From: Bacteroidota bacterium | Lineage (GTDB): Bacteria > Bacteroidota > Bacteroidia > Chitinophagales > UBA2359 | Length of the DNA stretch: 34,170 bases | Reading direction: 5' to 3' | Assembly (NCBI GenBank): GCA_020631155.1 | Contig: JAHDHV010000016.1 | Coordinates: 1 to 34,170, forward strand | Shown here: piece by piece, positions 26,264 to 34,170 of the stretch | How the letters are laid out: every line of letters starts with the position of its first letter | Position numbering within the stretch: the first letter of the stretch is position 1 | Translations under genes and position numbers: made by a program | The notes under the pieces: generated by a model | The model's input: the letters and a program-made list of their open reading frames with translations, nothing else | Databases searched by the model: none | What the model was told of the DNA's origin: nothing

Positions 26264-27026
26264 TGAAATTTGTTCCTTTTATCCTTCTGCTTTGCATAAT
26301 CGGGGAGCTTTTTTGTTGAGGGAGTATTTACAGTATAAGATTTTAGAGATCATATTTCAAAGTGACTATGCCTTGAAATTTTCATTTTTAGGTGGAACTT
26401 GTTTACGTATTATCCATAATACTCAGCGATTTTCAGAAGATTTAGACTTTGATAATTTTGATTTATCAGAGAAAGATTTTGAATTAGTTTCAGAGGTAAT
26501 TAAAAATGGGTTAGAAGAGCAGGGCTTTCGCGTTGAAATGCGTAATGTCTTTCGAGCAGCATATCATTGTTATATTCGCTTTCCTGGATTATTATATAAA
26601 ATGGGGCTAAGTGGACATAAAGAGGCTAAAATTTTAATTAACTTAGATACAGAACCACAAAACTTTGTTTTTCAGTCTGAAACACATTTTTTAAATAAAT
26701 TTGATGTTTTTACCTCAATATATACGACTCCATTAGACCTATTATTAAGCCAAAAAATTCTAGCAATTACGCAAAGAAAGCGACCTAAAGGACGGGATTT
26801 TTACGATGTCGTTTTTTTGAGTGGGCATACAAAACCAAATTATGGTTTTTTAACACAACGTTTGTCTATTACTAATGCAGATGAACTAAGAATACATATG
26901 GAAGCTATTTGCAAAAAAAGGAATTTTCCACAACTAACTAAAGATGTTGAACCATTTTTATTTAATATAAAGGATCGGCAACGCATTTTATTATTTCCTG
27001 AATATCTTAAAACTATAAAATGGTAA
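26250..27026 (+). CDS. abiEii: AbiEii/AbiGii-family nucleotidyltransferase toxin (DUF1814)
   Basis: Motifs SFLGGTCLRI and RFSEDLDFDN characteristic of AbiEii nucleotidyltransferases. Confidence 0.85.
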   Translation: MKTIDEICSFYPSALHNRGAFLLREYLQYKILEIIFQSDYALKFSFLGGTCLRIIHNTQRFSEDLDFDNFDLSEKDFELVSEVIKNGLEEQGFRVEMRNVFRAAYHCYIRFPGLLYKMGLSGHKEAKILINLDTEPQNFVFQSETHFLNKFDVFTSIYTTPLDLLLSQKILAITQRKRPKGRDFYDVVFLSGHTKPNYGFLTQRLSITNADELRIHMEAICKKRNFPQLTKDVEPFLFNIKDRQRILLFPEYLKTIKW

Positions 27027-27033
27027 TCAATTG

Positions 27034-27085
27034 TGTTGTTTTTGTTTCTAAAAATCTGTATTTTTGTAGAAAAAAAGAAATAAAT
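27034..27085. repeat. 52-bp direct repeat, copy 2, identical to 25584-25635
   Basis: Exact match. Confidence 0.9.
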
Positions 27086-27108
27086 TAACTTTTAAAGACA
27101 AAGTATTT

Positions 27109-27429
27109 CTAATTATCCCGCCTAGGAAATGCCAACTTCATTAAAATTCCAATAAGCCCACCTGTAATAGCCCCTGCCAAAATGGTATGCGACCAAGTGC
27201 CAGAGGAGGCAGCAACAATAATAAAAAATAACGCACCAATCACCACACTAAGCCCAATAATACCACCACAACCAACAAAGAACCCATGATTCAGGTCTTT
27301 ATGAAACCAGCCGATAAAGGTGCCCATTAAGGTAGCAATGATAACGTTTAACCAATTCCCGTCAAATAGAAATAGTTGGATAAGTCCTAAAATAATGCCT
27401 GCAATGAAACCGCCGATGATGTCTCTCAA
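27109..27429 (-). CDS. GlsB/YeaQ/YmgE-family small membrane protein (transglycosylase-associated)
   Basis: Gly-rich TM helices IIGGFIAGIILGLI...GGIIGLSVVIGALFF...GAITGGLIGIL typical of the family. Confidence 0.7.
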   Translation of the reverse strand: MRDIIGGFIAGIILGLIQLFLFDGNWLNVIIATLMGTFIGWFHKDLNHGFFVGCGGIIGLSVVIGALFFIIVAASSGTWSHTILAGAITGGLIGILMKLAFPRRDN

Positions 27430-27462
27430 TTTAATTACGAATTAGAAATTACGAATTATGAA
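27430..27462. repeat. 9-bp ATTACGAAT / ATTAGAAAT repeats (same family as 6877-6940)
   Basis: Direct reading. Confidence 0.75.
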
Positions 27463-27515
27463 TTGTTTTTTTGGATGGGGGAGATATAAAGGTTTTCAAT
27501 CTAATTGATAAGTTT

Positions 27516-27851
27516 TTAATCAAGTGTTGCCAATAACCCCTCTAATGACTGTTCCCAGGGTTCATCAGTCATGAGTGTTTGTACTTCCTTGAATGTGATT
27601 GATTGATTGCCTTGTTCTTCAAATATTTGTTCTTTTGATATGGCTTTGCGAATGTTTATTTTTCCCAAGTGAAATTTATCCATCTCTTGTGGGCTAGGCG
27701 TTGTATTTTCCAAAGCTAATTGAACTGTTGTATAAATAGCTTGGAGTTGTTGATAATCTGTTATTTTTGTTATCAAGCTTATCAGGTCAAGTTTGATGTC
27801 ATTGAGTGAGTTTTCATTTTGTTTTTTTAGTTTTCCTTCAAGGAGTTTCAT
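27516..27851 (-). CDS. Hypothetical 111-aa protein, third gene of the UPF0175/DUF3368 operon (overlaps the PIN gene by 14 nt)
   Basis: Clean ORF, operon position; no recognisable motif. Confidence 0.4.
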   Translation of the reverse strand: MKLLEGKLKKQNENSLNDIKLDLISLITKITDYQQLQAIYTTVQLALENTTPSPQEMDKFHLGKINIRKAISKEQIFEEQGNQSITFKEVQTLMTDEPWEQSLEGLLATLD

Positions 27852-28326
27852 TTGCCATATTTAAAATGCGAATTTTAAGCTGGGGTTTGATATAGAACCC
27901 AACTTGTTCGAGTTCTGTCAAGATGAGTTTCACTTCTGGAATCAACTTTTGTGTCTTAGCATCAATCAATAAGCCTAACAAACCAATGGTGTTTAGCCCA
28001 ATTTCTCTAGCCTTTTTTGTTCCAATACGTTCATCAATCAATAACAGATTTGCATTTAATTCTTTGGCTAAAGTAATTGCTTCTGCTTCGCCTCTATCTA
28101 GCACTTTCAGTAAGTTTTGAACAGAAACATTGTTTTTAGGCTGCTGTATTCTTAACCAACTAGCTTGATTGTAACTTGTTAAGTCAATATTGAAATGAGC
28201 TAGTGCTAGGATTTCATTATGAACAAAAGGTGGGACTATCACCTCATTAAACAATTGACCTAGCAATTCAAACCGTCCAATTTGAATCAAGTTGCTGATA
28301 GGAGAGGTATCACTTACAACAATCAT
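27838..28326 (-). CDS. DUF3368-family PIN-like putative toxin
   Basis: N-terminus MIVVSDTSPISNLIQIGRFELL and LLIDERIG typical of DUF3368/COG2405 PIN-like proteins; 4-nt overlap with the upstream UPF0175 gene. Confidence 0.7.
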   Translation of the reverse strand: MIVVSDTSPISNLIQIGRFELLGQLFNEVIVPPFVHNEILALAHFNIDLTSYNQASWLRIQQPKNNVSVQNLLKVLDRGEAEAITLAKELNANLLLIDERIGTKKAREIGLNTIGLLGLLIDAKTQKLIPEVKLILTELEQVGFYIKPQLKIRILNMANETP

Positions 28327-28568
28327 TGTTTTCTTAATTTAGCTAAAGTTTTCATATCTTCTTCAAAATCTTCAATGTCATAATGAATAGGGATTTTACA
28401 TTTTGCCAACTCCCTTTGAAATTGTATTTGATGAATACCTGCAAGTTGACTGCCTTGACCTAGTGTTATTTTTTCTTCTTTAAAAAGTTCAATTGCCAAT
28501 TTCAACATAAGTGCCTCTATGCTTATACCAATCTGTGCTAGAAGTTGGTCTGGAATTTCAATTGTCAT
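28323..28568 (-). CDS. UPF0175-family putative antitoxin
   Basis: MTIEIPDQLLAQIG...LMLKLAIELFKEEKITLGQGSQLAG matches the UPF0175 pattern; paired with DUF3368. Confidence 0.7.
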   Translation of the reverse strand: MTIEIPDQLLAQIGISIEALMLKLAIELFKEEKITLGQGSQLAGIHQIQFQRELAKCKIPIHYDIEDFEEDMKTLAKLRKQ

Positions 28569-28665
28569 ATTTTTCTATTAAATGGATTAATGGGTATCTA
28601 TAAAATAACAGAGGCTTTAGGTGTTTGGTTTAACATCAAAAAAACGATTAGACCACTCATGGTAG

Positions 28666-28718
28666 AATTGGACAAGCCCTAAAATAATGCCTGTGATACA
28701 TCCGCCGATGATGTCTCT
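28666..28718 (-). pseudogene. Diverged (~82% identity) duplicate of the first ~17 codons of the GlsB-family gene (start ATG changed to ATA), 1.24 kb from the intact copy
   Basis: Alignment of 28666-28718 with 27374-27426; reverse-complement translation I-RDIIGGCITGIILGLVQ vs MRDIIGGFIAGIILGLIQ. Confidence 0.55.
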
Positions 28719-28745
28719 TATGTAGAAATGAATTATTAGTTATTT

Positions 28746-31328
28746 TTATTCGTTGAGCTTTTTTACCAATGAAAACAATCTAGAGGTGTCTACTATTACT
28801 TCATTTAATTGTTCTTTACTATATTTAGCTACTCTTGAATGAAAAGTTTCATTTCGTTCATCTATTGTGTACTCTTTTAAATTCTTTACCACTTGCTTTA
28901 TAATTAACTTAATTTCGTTAGTTTTGGAATTACCAAAATAGTTTAAAATAAAGTTGTGTTCTAACCACAGCCAATTTAAAACTTTTTTCATTTCACCAAG
29001 GCTAGAATAGTATATGAGATGTAAATCATTTTTTAAAGCTCTATTTCTATTATATTCCCATTTAGATACTAACTTTGAGTTTCTTTTATTTACAAAATCT
29101 TCAAATGTTATGTCATTTTCAAAAAGTTCAATTACAAAAATTCTTAATTGCTCTTCCGAGTTTATTAAGTGAGTCGTTATTTTTTGTATCATATTTTCTT
29201 GTTCTTCTTCAGCAATCATTTTCTTTGCTTTTGCATAAACACTTTTGCAGTTTTCATCATTAAGGGCAATCCTCTTATGATCTTCAAATGTTATAAGTAT
29301 TCTTTCCCAATCACGCTCACTTGCATGGATTTGTAATAAAACTCTTAATGCATTTTTTTCATACTCAATATCTGTGTCTTTATCTGAGTAGGTTAATATT
29401 TTTTTTGCTATTTTCTTTGCTTTTTCATAATCTCTATCTTTACTTGAGGTATAGTAGTTCATGTCCTTTACAAAATAATTGATGGAATTTTTTATCTTAT
29501 TTTCATAGAGTCTTATTTTACTATTAATCTTATCATTAGAAAAAATTTTCAGATATTTAGTATGAACTTTCTTTTTTTCTTTTAAATATTTTATTTTATT
29601 TTCAATACTGTCATCTTCCTTAACTAGTTTATCTACTAATTGTAAATAAATATTTTTTTCCTTATGCACAAGTAAAGTCAATTCAATACTTTTCCATTCC
29701 CGTAAAAATTCTATTTTATCAGCAATTCGTTCATTATTATATTGACTAATTATTTTTTTTGCTTCCTCCCTTAGTATTTCAAATCTTTTTAAATATTTAT
29801 ATATGTTAATGTACTGTTTTGCAATTGAGGTGTCATATGATGTTTCTTTTAAAGCGTTTATTGCTATGTTAATTGCAACTTGTCTTCTTTTGGGACGCTG
29901 TTCCATTTTTATCCAATCAAACCATATGTTTTTATTAGTTGGATTGAGCTCTGTAGCTCTACGAAAATTTTCAGATGCTTTAGAATACAAATAAAGAACA
30001 GTTTGTACTTTTGCTAACTCATGATATAATCTATAATCTTCAATTCTTTCAATTGCATTTATTAGTGAATTTTCAGCTCCCTTATAATCTAAGTCATTTA
30101 AATAGATTTTTAATCTTTCAAGAAATAAGTCAACTTTATCTTTAGAAATCTCCTTATTTAGCATCGCATTTTTAAGTCCAAGTACTTTGTTCTCTATTTC
30201 GTCGTAGTCTATATAGTGCTGTTTAGCAAAATTTATAGCCATCTTACTTATTATTATTTCTCCATTAGCACTTTCAGCAATCAACTGATTTGCATAGAGT
30301 TCATCAATAATTTGCTCCAGTTTGCCAGAATCAAAGTTACTATAGTTCATTAGAGTTTCTATTGTGATAGGTTCATCTTTTTTACTCCGATTTCTATGTA
30401 ATGAAGTTATTATTTTAAATATCAACTGTGTATCTGTGTTCAATGATTCATACATATCCTTGAAACTAAATAGGATTATTTCAGACATTCTTTGTTTTTT
30501 CTCTTTAGGCGTTTTAGCATCTTCAATACTAGGATAACCCTCAAGTTCTTGAAAAATTTGCCCTCTAGACTTACCTCTGATTAGTTGTCCAATTATAAAT
30601 TCAATAGCTAGTGGAATTTTTCCAACTCGTTCTATTAACTTTAAGTTCATCTTTTCGGAAGAATTGATGATTTCAAGAATTCTCTTTTCTCTATTATTTT
30701 CTGCTAACCATATTAACATATCATAGGCTTTTGTCAGAGAAAGACCTTGTATTTCAATAGGAAAGTCTGCTATCTTTTTTCTTTTTCGTGATGTAGTTAA
30801 CACTTTTAAATATCTATTATTTCGGCTATATTTATTGAATTTTCTGAGAAAAGTGAAAAAATCGGGATTATTTATCGTCTCCAAGTTATCTAATACAAAA
30901 AAGATTTTTTCATCTTTTACAATTTCTTCAAAAAAACTCTTTCGTTCTAGAAAAGGATGTTTAAGGAATTCGGGGAATCCAGCTAATCTAATAGTTTCAT
31001 CAATTAATATTTCAATTGGCTTATCTTTGAATTCATTTTTTATATTTATTATTTGATTATCTGTTGCAAAGGCATCAAAAACAGTATTCTTCGCTGTAAC
31101 CCAAACAAGGTAACTAAAATCACCACTTTTAAGCAAATATTCTTTACAGAAATAATAGGCTAGTGCTGTTTTGCCAATTCCACCAATTCCATCTATAGAG
31201 GCTATATATGTGCCACCTTCAATTAATTCATCTTTGATTTTTGAAATTGTGTTTTCACGACCAAAAAATTTCATATATGGTTGATTTGGTAAATTGTGAG
31301 TTGTTTTTGTATATGTTAGCTCTTTCAT
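28746..31328 (-). CDS. STAND-class NTPase (NB-ARC-like P-loop at residues ~45-55) followed by ~600 aa of TPR/helical repeats; no recognisable N- or C-terminal effector domain
   Basis: P-loop IDGIGGIGKTALAYYF; Walker B FFVLDNLE; repetitive helical remainder with frequent Y/W/K-rich ~34-aa periodicity. Confidence 0.7.
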   Translation of the reverse strand: MKELTYTKTTHNLPNQPYMKFFGRENTISKIKDELIEGGTYIASIDGIGGIGKTALAYYFCKEYLLKSGDFSYLVWVTAKNTVFDAFATDNQIINIKNEFKDKPIEILIDETIRLAGFPEFLKHPFLERKSFFEEIVKDEKIFFVLDNLETINNPDFFTFLRKFNKYSRNNRYLKVLTTSRKRKKIADFPIEIQGLSLTKAYDMLIWLAENNREKRILEIINSSEKMNLKLIERVGKIPLAIEFIIGQLIRGKSRGQIFQELEGYPSIEDAKTPKEKKQRMSEIILFSFKDMYESLNTDTQLIFKIITSLHRNRSKKDEPITIETLMNYSNFDSGKLEQIIDELYANQLIAESANGEIIISKMAINFAKQHYIDYDEIENKVLGLKNAMLNKEISKDKVDLFLERLKIYLNDLDYKGAENSLINAIERIEDYRLYHELAKVQTVLYLYSKASENFRRATELNPTNKNIWFDWIKMEQRPKRRQVAINIAINALKETSYDTSIAKQYINIYKYLKRFEILREEAKKIISQYNNERIADKIEFLREWKSIELTLLVHKEKNIYLQLVDKLVKEDDSIENKIKYLKEKKKVHTKYLKIFSNDKINSKIRLYENKIKNSINYFVKDMNYYTSSKDRDYEKAKKIAKKILTYSDKDTDIEYEKNALRVLLQIHASERDWERILITFEDHKRIALNDENCKSVYAKAKKMIAEEEQENMIQKITTHLINSEEQLRIFVIELFENDITFEDFVNKRNSKLVSKWEYNRNRALKNDLHLIYYSSLGEMKKVLNWLWLEHNFILNYFGNSKTNEIKLIIKQVVKNLKEYTIDERNETFHSRVAKYSKEQLNEVIVDTSRLFSLVKKLNE

Positions 31329-31520
31329 TTTTTTATGTTTTGTAAATTATAGGACACTAAAGTGTTCAAGCTGTCTAAAATCTAGAACTTTTTCTTCCTT
31401 AATTCATCAACTTAAAAGCACTTCTAAGATTATATATATACTGCAAATATAGTCAAGCTTAACAACTCCACCAAATAATCACAACATTTATTAAATCTTT
31501 AGCAATTAATCCACAAAAAC

Positions 31521-31565
31521 CAAAAAAAACGCCTATATTTTGGCTACATACTCCAAAATATAGGC
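31521..31565 (-). terminator. Hairpin GCCTATATTTTGG-loop9-CCAAAATATAGGC followed on the minus strand by GTTTTTTTTGG; probable original terminator of the A2M gene, now separated from it by an IS
   Basis: 13-bp perfect stem with minus-strand U-tract. Confidence 0.5.
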
Positions 31566-31592
31566 ATTCAATTATATCATGCCATCATTTTC

Positions 31593-33116
31593 CTAGTAAT
31601 AACGGTTTTCCCCGAAAAGTTATTACTGATAGTCAGCGAGTTATGCATTTTCTGCATGAAAAAAGGGTGTTTTATCCGTTTTTTGAAATAAATATATAAC
31701 AGATGACACTTTCATAGTAATGGATTATTTCCATTTAAAGAAGTAGCCACTAATAAATTTTCTAGCCAGTGGTCTCTATATCTAAAGCCATTGAGTTGCT
31801 CAAAACGCGACTTCACTCCCCCTTTAGCTTTAATGGTTTGGCTACTATAATGGCTAAAATTAATTAAAAGGGCATGAGCTCGCATGATGTCATTGGCACT
31901 CTGTATGTCACCATGAAAGTGCTACATAGCACTTAATTTTTTTTTTGTGTTTTCATCAATCTATCTAACATATTAGAGGTTCTACGACAATCTATTTGGT
32001 CATAATAAGTCATATATTCCTCTTTTTTAAGACAGAGTTTCAGGGCTGCTTTTTTGAGTGGATTATCAGGCAGGTGTAGGAGTATCCATTCTTCTAAGCG
32101 TCTCATTTGTTGGGCAAAACTTTGTTTATTTTCTGCCTTATAAGCTGTCCAAGCCTTTTTTAGTAGTACAGTCGCATAAGGTTGTAATTGTTTAGTCGCT
32201 CTTTTGTCTATATTGAGTATGCCATGTAAAAAACAACGAATCAGTGTGGTGTTCTCAAATAAGTGTTCCATTACTTTAAGGGTAGATTTAAAGCCATCTG
32301 TATTGATAGTCAATGGTTTATAATCATCTGCTATGCACTTAACTTCTTGTTTAAAGACTTCATAAGCATTCGTTAAGTGCTCAAAGTCAATGGATGGACT
32401 AGCGGCTGTACCCAAAAAACAATCTCCACCTACGGTGGTGGCTAAATATATTTTTTGCCCATTTAGCTTGTCATGGTGTTCATCTACAATAAGATGCTCT
32501 GGAAGCAAAGACCGCCTTTTGATGCTTGTTCCAACAATGTTTTTTCATGCCCAAAAGCACTCCGCTCGATACCAGAACATGGCATCTTTACCCAACAAAG
32601 TGACTACAGCATGATAAGGCACATTATAACGTCGTAGAAACAAACCTTCTGCAACAAAGCTAGTGCTTGCACGTAAATATGGAAACATAAAACAAGGATG
32701 TAAGAGGTATTCTGCTTGATTAGATAGTAGCTGAATTCTACGTCTAGGCAAAGCTTGTTTTTGACTTGTTTTACTCCAACCATAAAAACGATAGCCTTGT
32801 TGGATAGCAGTTGGAAATAACTCTGGAAAACAGCTAATTAAGTCATCTATATACTTTCTAAATTCAAAACGATTATGTAAAACCTCTGCATAAGAGCGCA
32901 TGTCGATAGGTAATATAATTGTTTTTGAACCCCTGTTGCTTAAAAGATAATTTTGCATATGACAAAGATGCTGATTATCAAGCAATTAACCTAATTAAAA
33001 CAAAAATAGAATGTATATGTTTTCCAAGATCCGATAAACTTGATTTTTTACCCCCTTTTTTTTCGTAAATTACTGATTATCAAGCTTATAAAATCGGGGA
33101 AATCCGTTACAACTAG
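31593..33116 (-). mobile_element. Degenerate insertion sequence (~1524 bp): imperfect ~27-bp terminal inverted repeats (CTAGTAATAACGGTTTTCCCCGAAAAG vs reverse complement CTAGTTGTAACGGATTTCCCCGATTTT), perfect 8-bp target-site duplication TCATTTTC (31585-31592 and 33117-33124); DDE transposase gene interrupted
   Basis: TIR and TSD read directly; internal ORFs 32545-32985 and 31933-32508 plus further C-terminal fragments down to ~31700 are co-linear on the minus strand but separated by a frameshift and stops. Confidence 0.7.
31700..32985 (-). pseudogene. Transposase pseudogene (frameshifted / stop-interrupted; family not assignable by eye)
   Basis: Two ORF fragments and downstream stop-containing continuation (e.g. 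HYSSQTIKAKGGVKSRFEQLNGFRYRDHW) in different frames. Confidence 0.55.
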
Positions 33117-33151
33117 TCATTTTCAATTCTCCATTTTCAACTTTCCATTCA

Positions 33152-34170
33152 TCAATCCACCGTCACCCGTATGCCCTCAGAGTGACTGCTAAATTCGGGG
33201 GCGTACATGCATTGAATACTGGTGATACCGTTGGAGAAGTCTCCTTTTTGGGCTACTCTTAATGGGTATTCAAATACGTAGGTGCCTTTGTTTAGGTAGC
33301 TGATGAAAAAGTTGGTTGCTGCGTCTTTGGTTGTTTCGTAATAGCCTAAGCCGTCTTGATAGCGGTAGCGCGAAATGACGTTAATCGGTTCGAAGCCTGC
33401 TGCGCGCATGTCTTTCATATGTACGTATTCCATGGCTCGGTCTACACGTAATTCGATGCGAACTTTTACTTTGTCACCTACTTTTAAGGTGCCTTTATCG
33501 CTGATGGCGTTCAATTTTTGACCGCTTTTGCTGTCTTCTACCAAAAACAATTCTTTTTTGATGCTTAAAGGCGTTTCGGCGGCGGTGATTTTGTCCAACT
33601 GCTCGAAGTACTGCCAGTAAACGGCTCCCCAGCTTACGCCTTCGTCTTTTTTCTCCACCGTAATATTGCCCATATCGGCGGTGATGTCATCGGCAGACCA
33701 AGCGGTTTTAAAGTAGCCTGTGCCTGCTTCTGCTTTGGCTTCGGGCAAATTGTTGGGGTCAATTTTTTGGCTGCCAATTTGGATGTCTACCAATGCGTCT
33801 TGTGATAGGAAATCAGTGCCGCGCATCAACAGGGCATAACAAGCTTCTGCCGTTGCTTTGGTGGTTTTCCAATCTTGTGTTTGCTTTTGTTTGAGCAACC
33901 AAATTTTCATGGCTTCCACCGATTCTTTATCACCTGCCACCTCGTCAAAGGCTTCTATCAGTAGGGCTTGCGTTTCTATCGGTGCTTGATACCAGAACCA
34001 AGCTCTTTGTTCTCCTTTAAAATACATGCCCATTTCTTCATTATGTGTAGCGTTCTGTTTCAAGGATTTTAGAATCTCATTGGCAACTTTGGAATCTTTA
34101 TTAGTAAAGCGGTGCAGCGCGAGGGCAATCATGCCTTGTGTGTATTTATTGTTATTTAACCAATAAGTTT
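33152..34170 (-). CDS. Alpha-2-macroglobulin family protein, C-terminal part (gene continues beyond the window edge)
   Basis: Frame stays open to the window end; C-terminal sequence ...GDFSNGITSIQCMYAPEFSSHSEGIRVTVD typical of bacterial A2M receptor-binding-like C-terminus. Confidence 0.65.
   Translation of the reverse strand, partial: TYWLNNNKYTQGMIALALHRFTNKDSKVANEILKSLKQNATHNEEMGMYFKGEQRAWFWYQAPIETQALLIEAFDEVAGDKESVEAMKIWLLKQKQTQDWKTTKATAEACYALLMRGTDFLSQDALVDIQIGSQKIDPNNLPEAKAEAGTGYFKTAWSADDITADMGNITVEKKDEGVSWGAVYWQYFEQLDKITAAETPLSIKKELFLVEDSKSGQKLNAISDKGTLKVGDKVKVRIELRVDRAMEYVHMKDMRAAGFEPINVISRYRYQDGLGYYETTKDAATNFFISYLNKGTYVFEYPLRVAQKGDFSNGITSIQCMYAPEFSSHSEGIRVTVD

Overview
AT-rich (~35% GC) chromosomal segment, almost certainly from a Bacteroidota genome. 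Evidence for the phylum: a type IX secretion C-terminal sorting domain on a large FG-GAP protein, a TAnnTTTG -7 box upstream of a tRNA gene, and no Shine-Dalgarno sequences. Housekeeping content: tRNA-Met(CAT), S41 peptidase, GT2 glycosyltransferase, ribBA, NUDIX hydrolase, a secreted Kazal/PKD protein, a T9SS FG-GAP protein, an NhaC-family antiporter with a long N-terminal extension, an NfeD-like/flotillin operon, folC, a GlsB/YeaQ/YmgE membrane protein and the 3' end of an alpha-2-macroglobulin gene. Accessory content is dense: (i) a free-standing HNH-AP2 homing-endonuclease-like gene with locally elevated GC; (ii) a compact island between ribBA and the NUDIX gene with two consecutive ABC-type ATPase plus small Toprim-like partner modules (OLD/PARIS/AbiL-like, family not resolved from sequence) - the best candidate here for an uncharacterised anti-phage system; (iii) an AbiEi/AbiEii type IV TA cassette flanked by perfect 52-bp direct repeats; (iv) a UPF0175/DUF3368(PIN) TA-like operon plus an extra small ORF, inserted next to glsB with a diverged duplicate of the glsB 5' end; (v) an 860-aa STAND (NB-ARC-like P-loop + TPR) NTPase lacking any recognisable effector domain; (vi) a decayed ~1.5-kb IS element with 8-bp target-site duplication inserted between the A2M stop and its terminator. 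The window is also rich in short tandem repeat arrays (8/16-bp C[CT]AAAA[AG]T units, 9-bp ATTACGAAT units, an ACAACTC heptamer), two families of dispersed repeated elements (~150 bp and ~65 bp), a GC-rich structured element in a 1.15-kb intergenic region, and a conserved AACCTT..AACCTTCCAAAC motif upstream of three unrelated genes.
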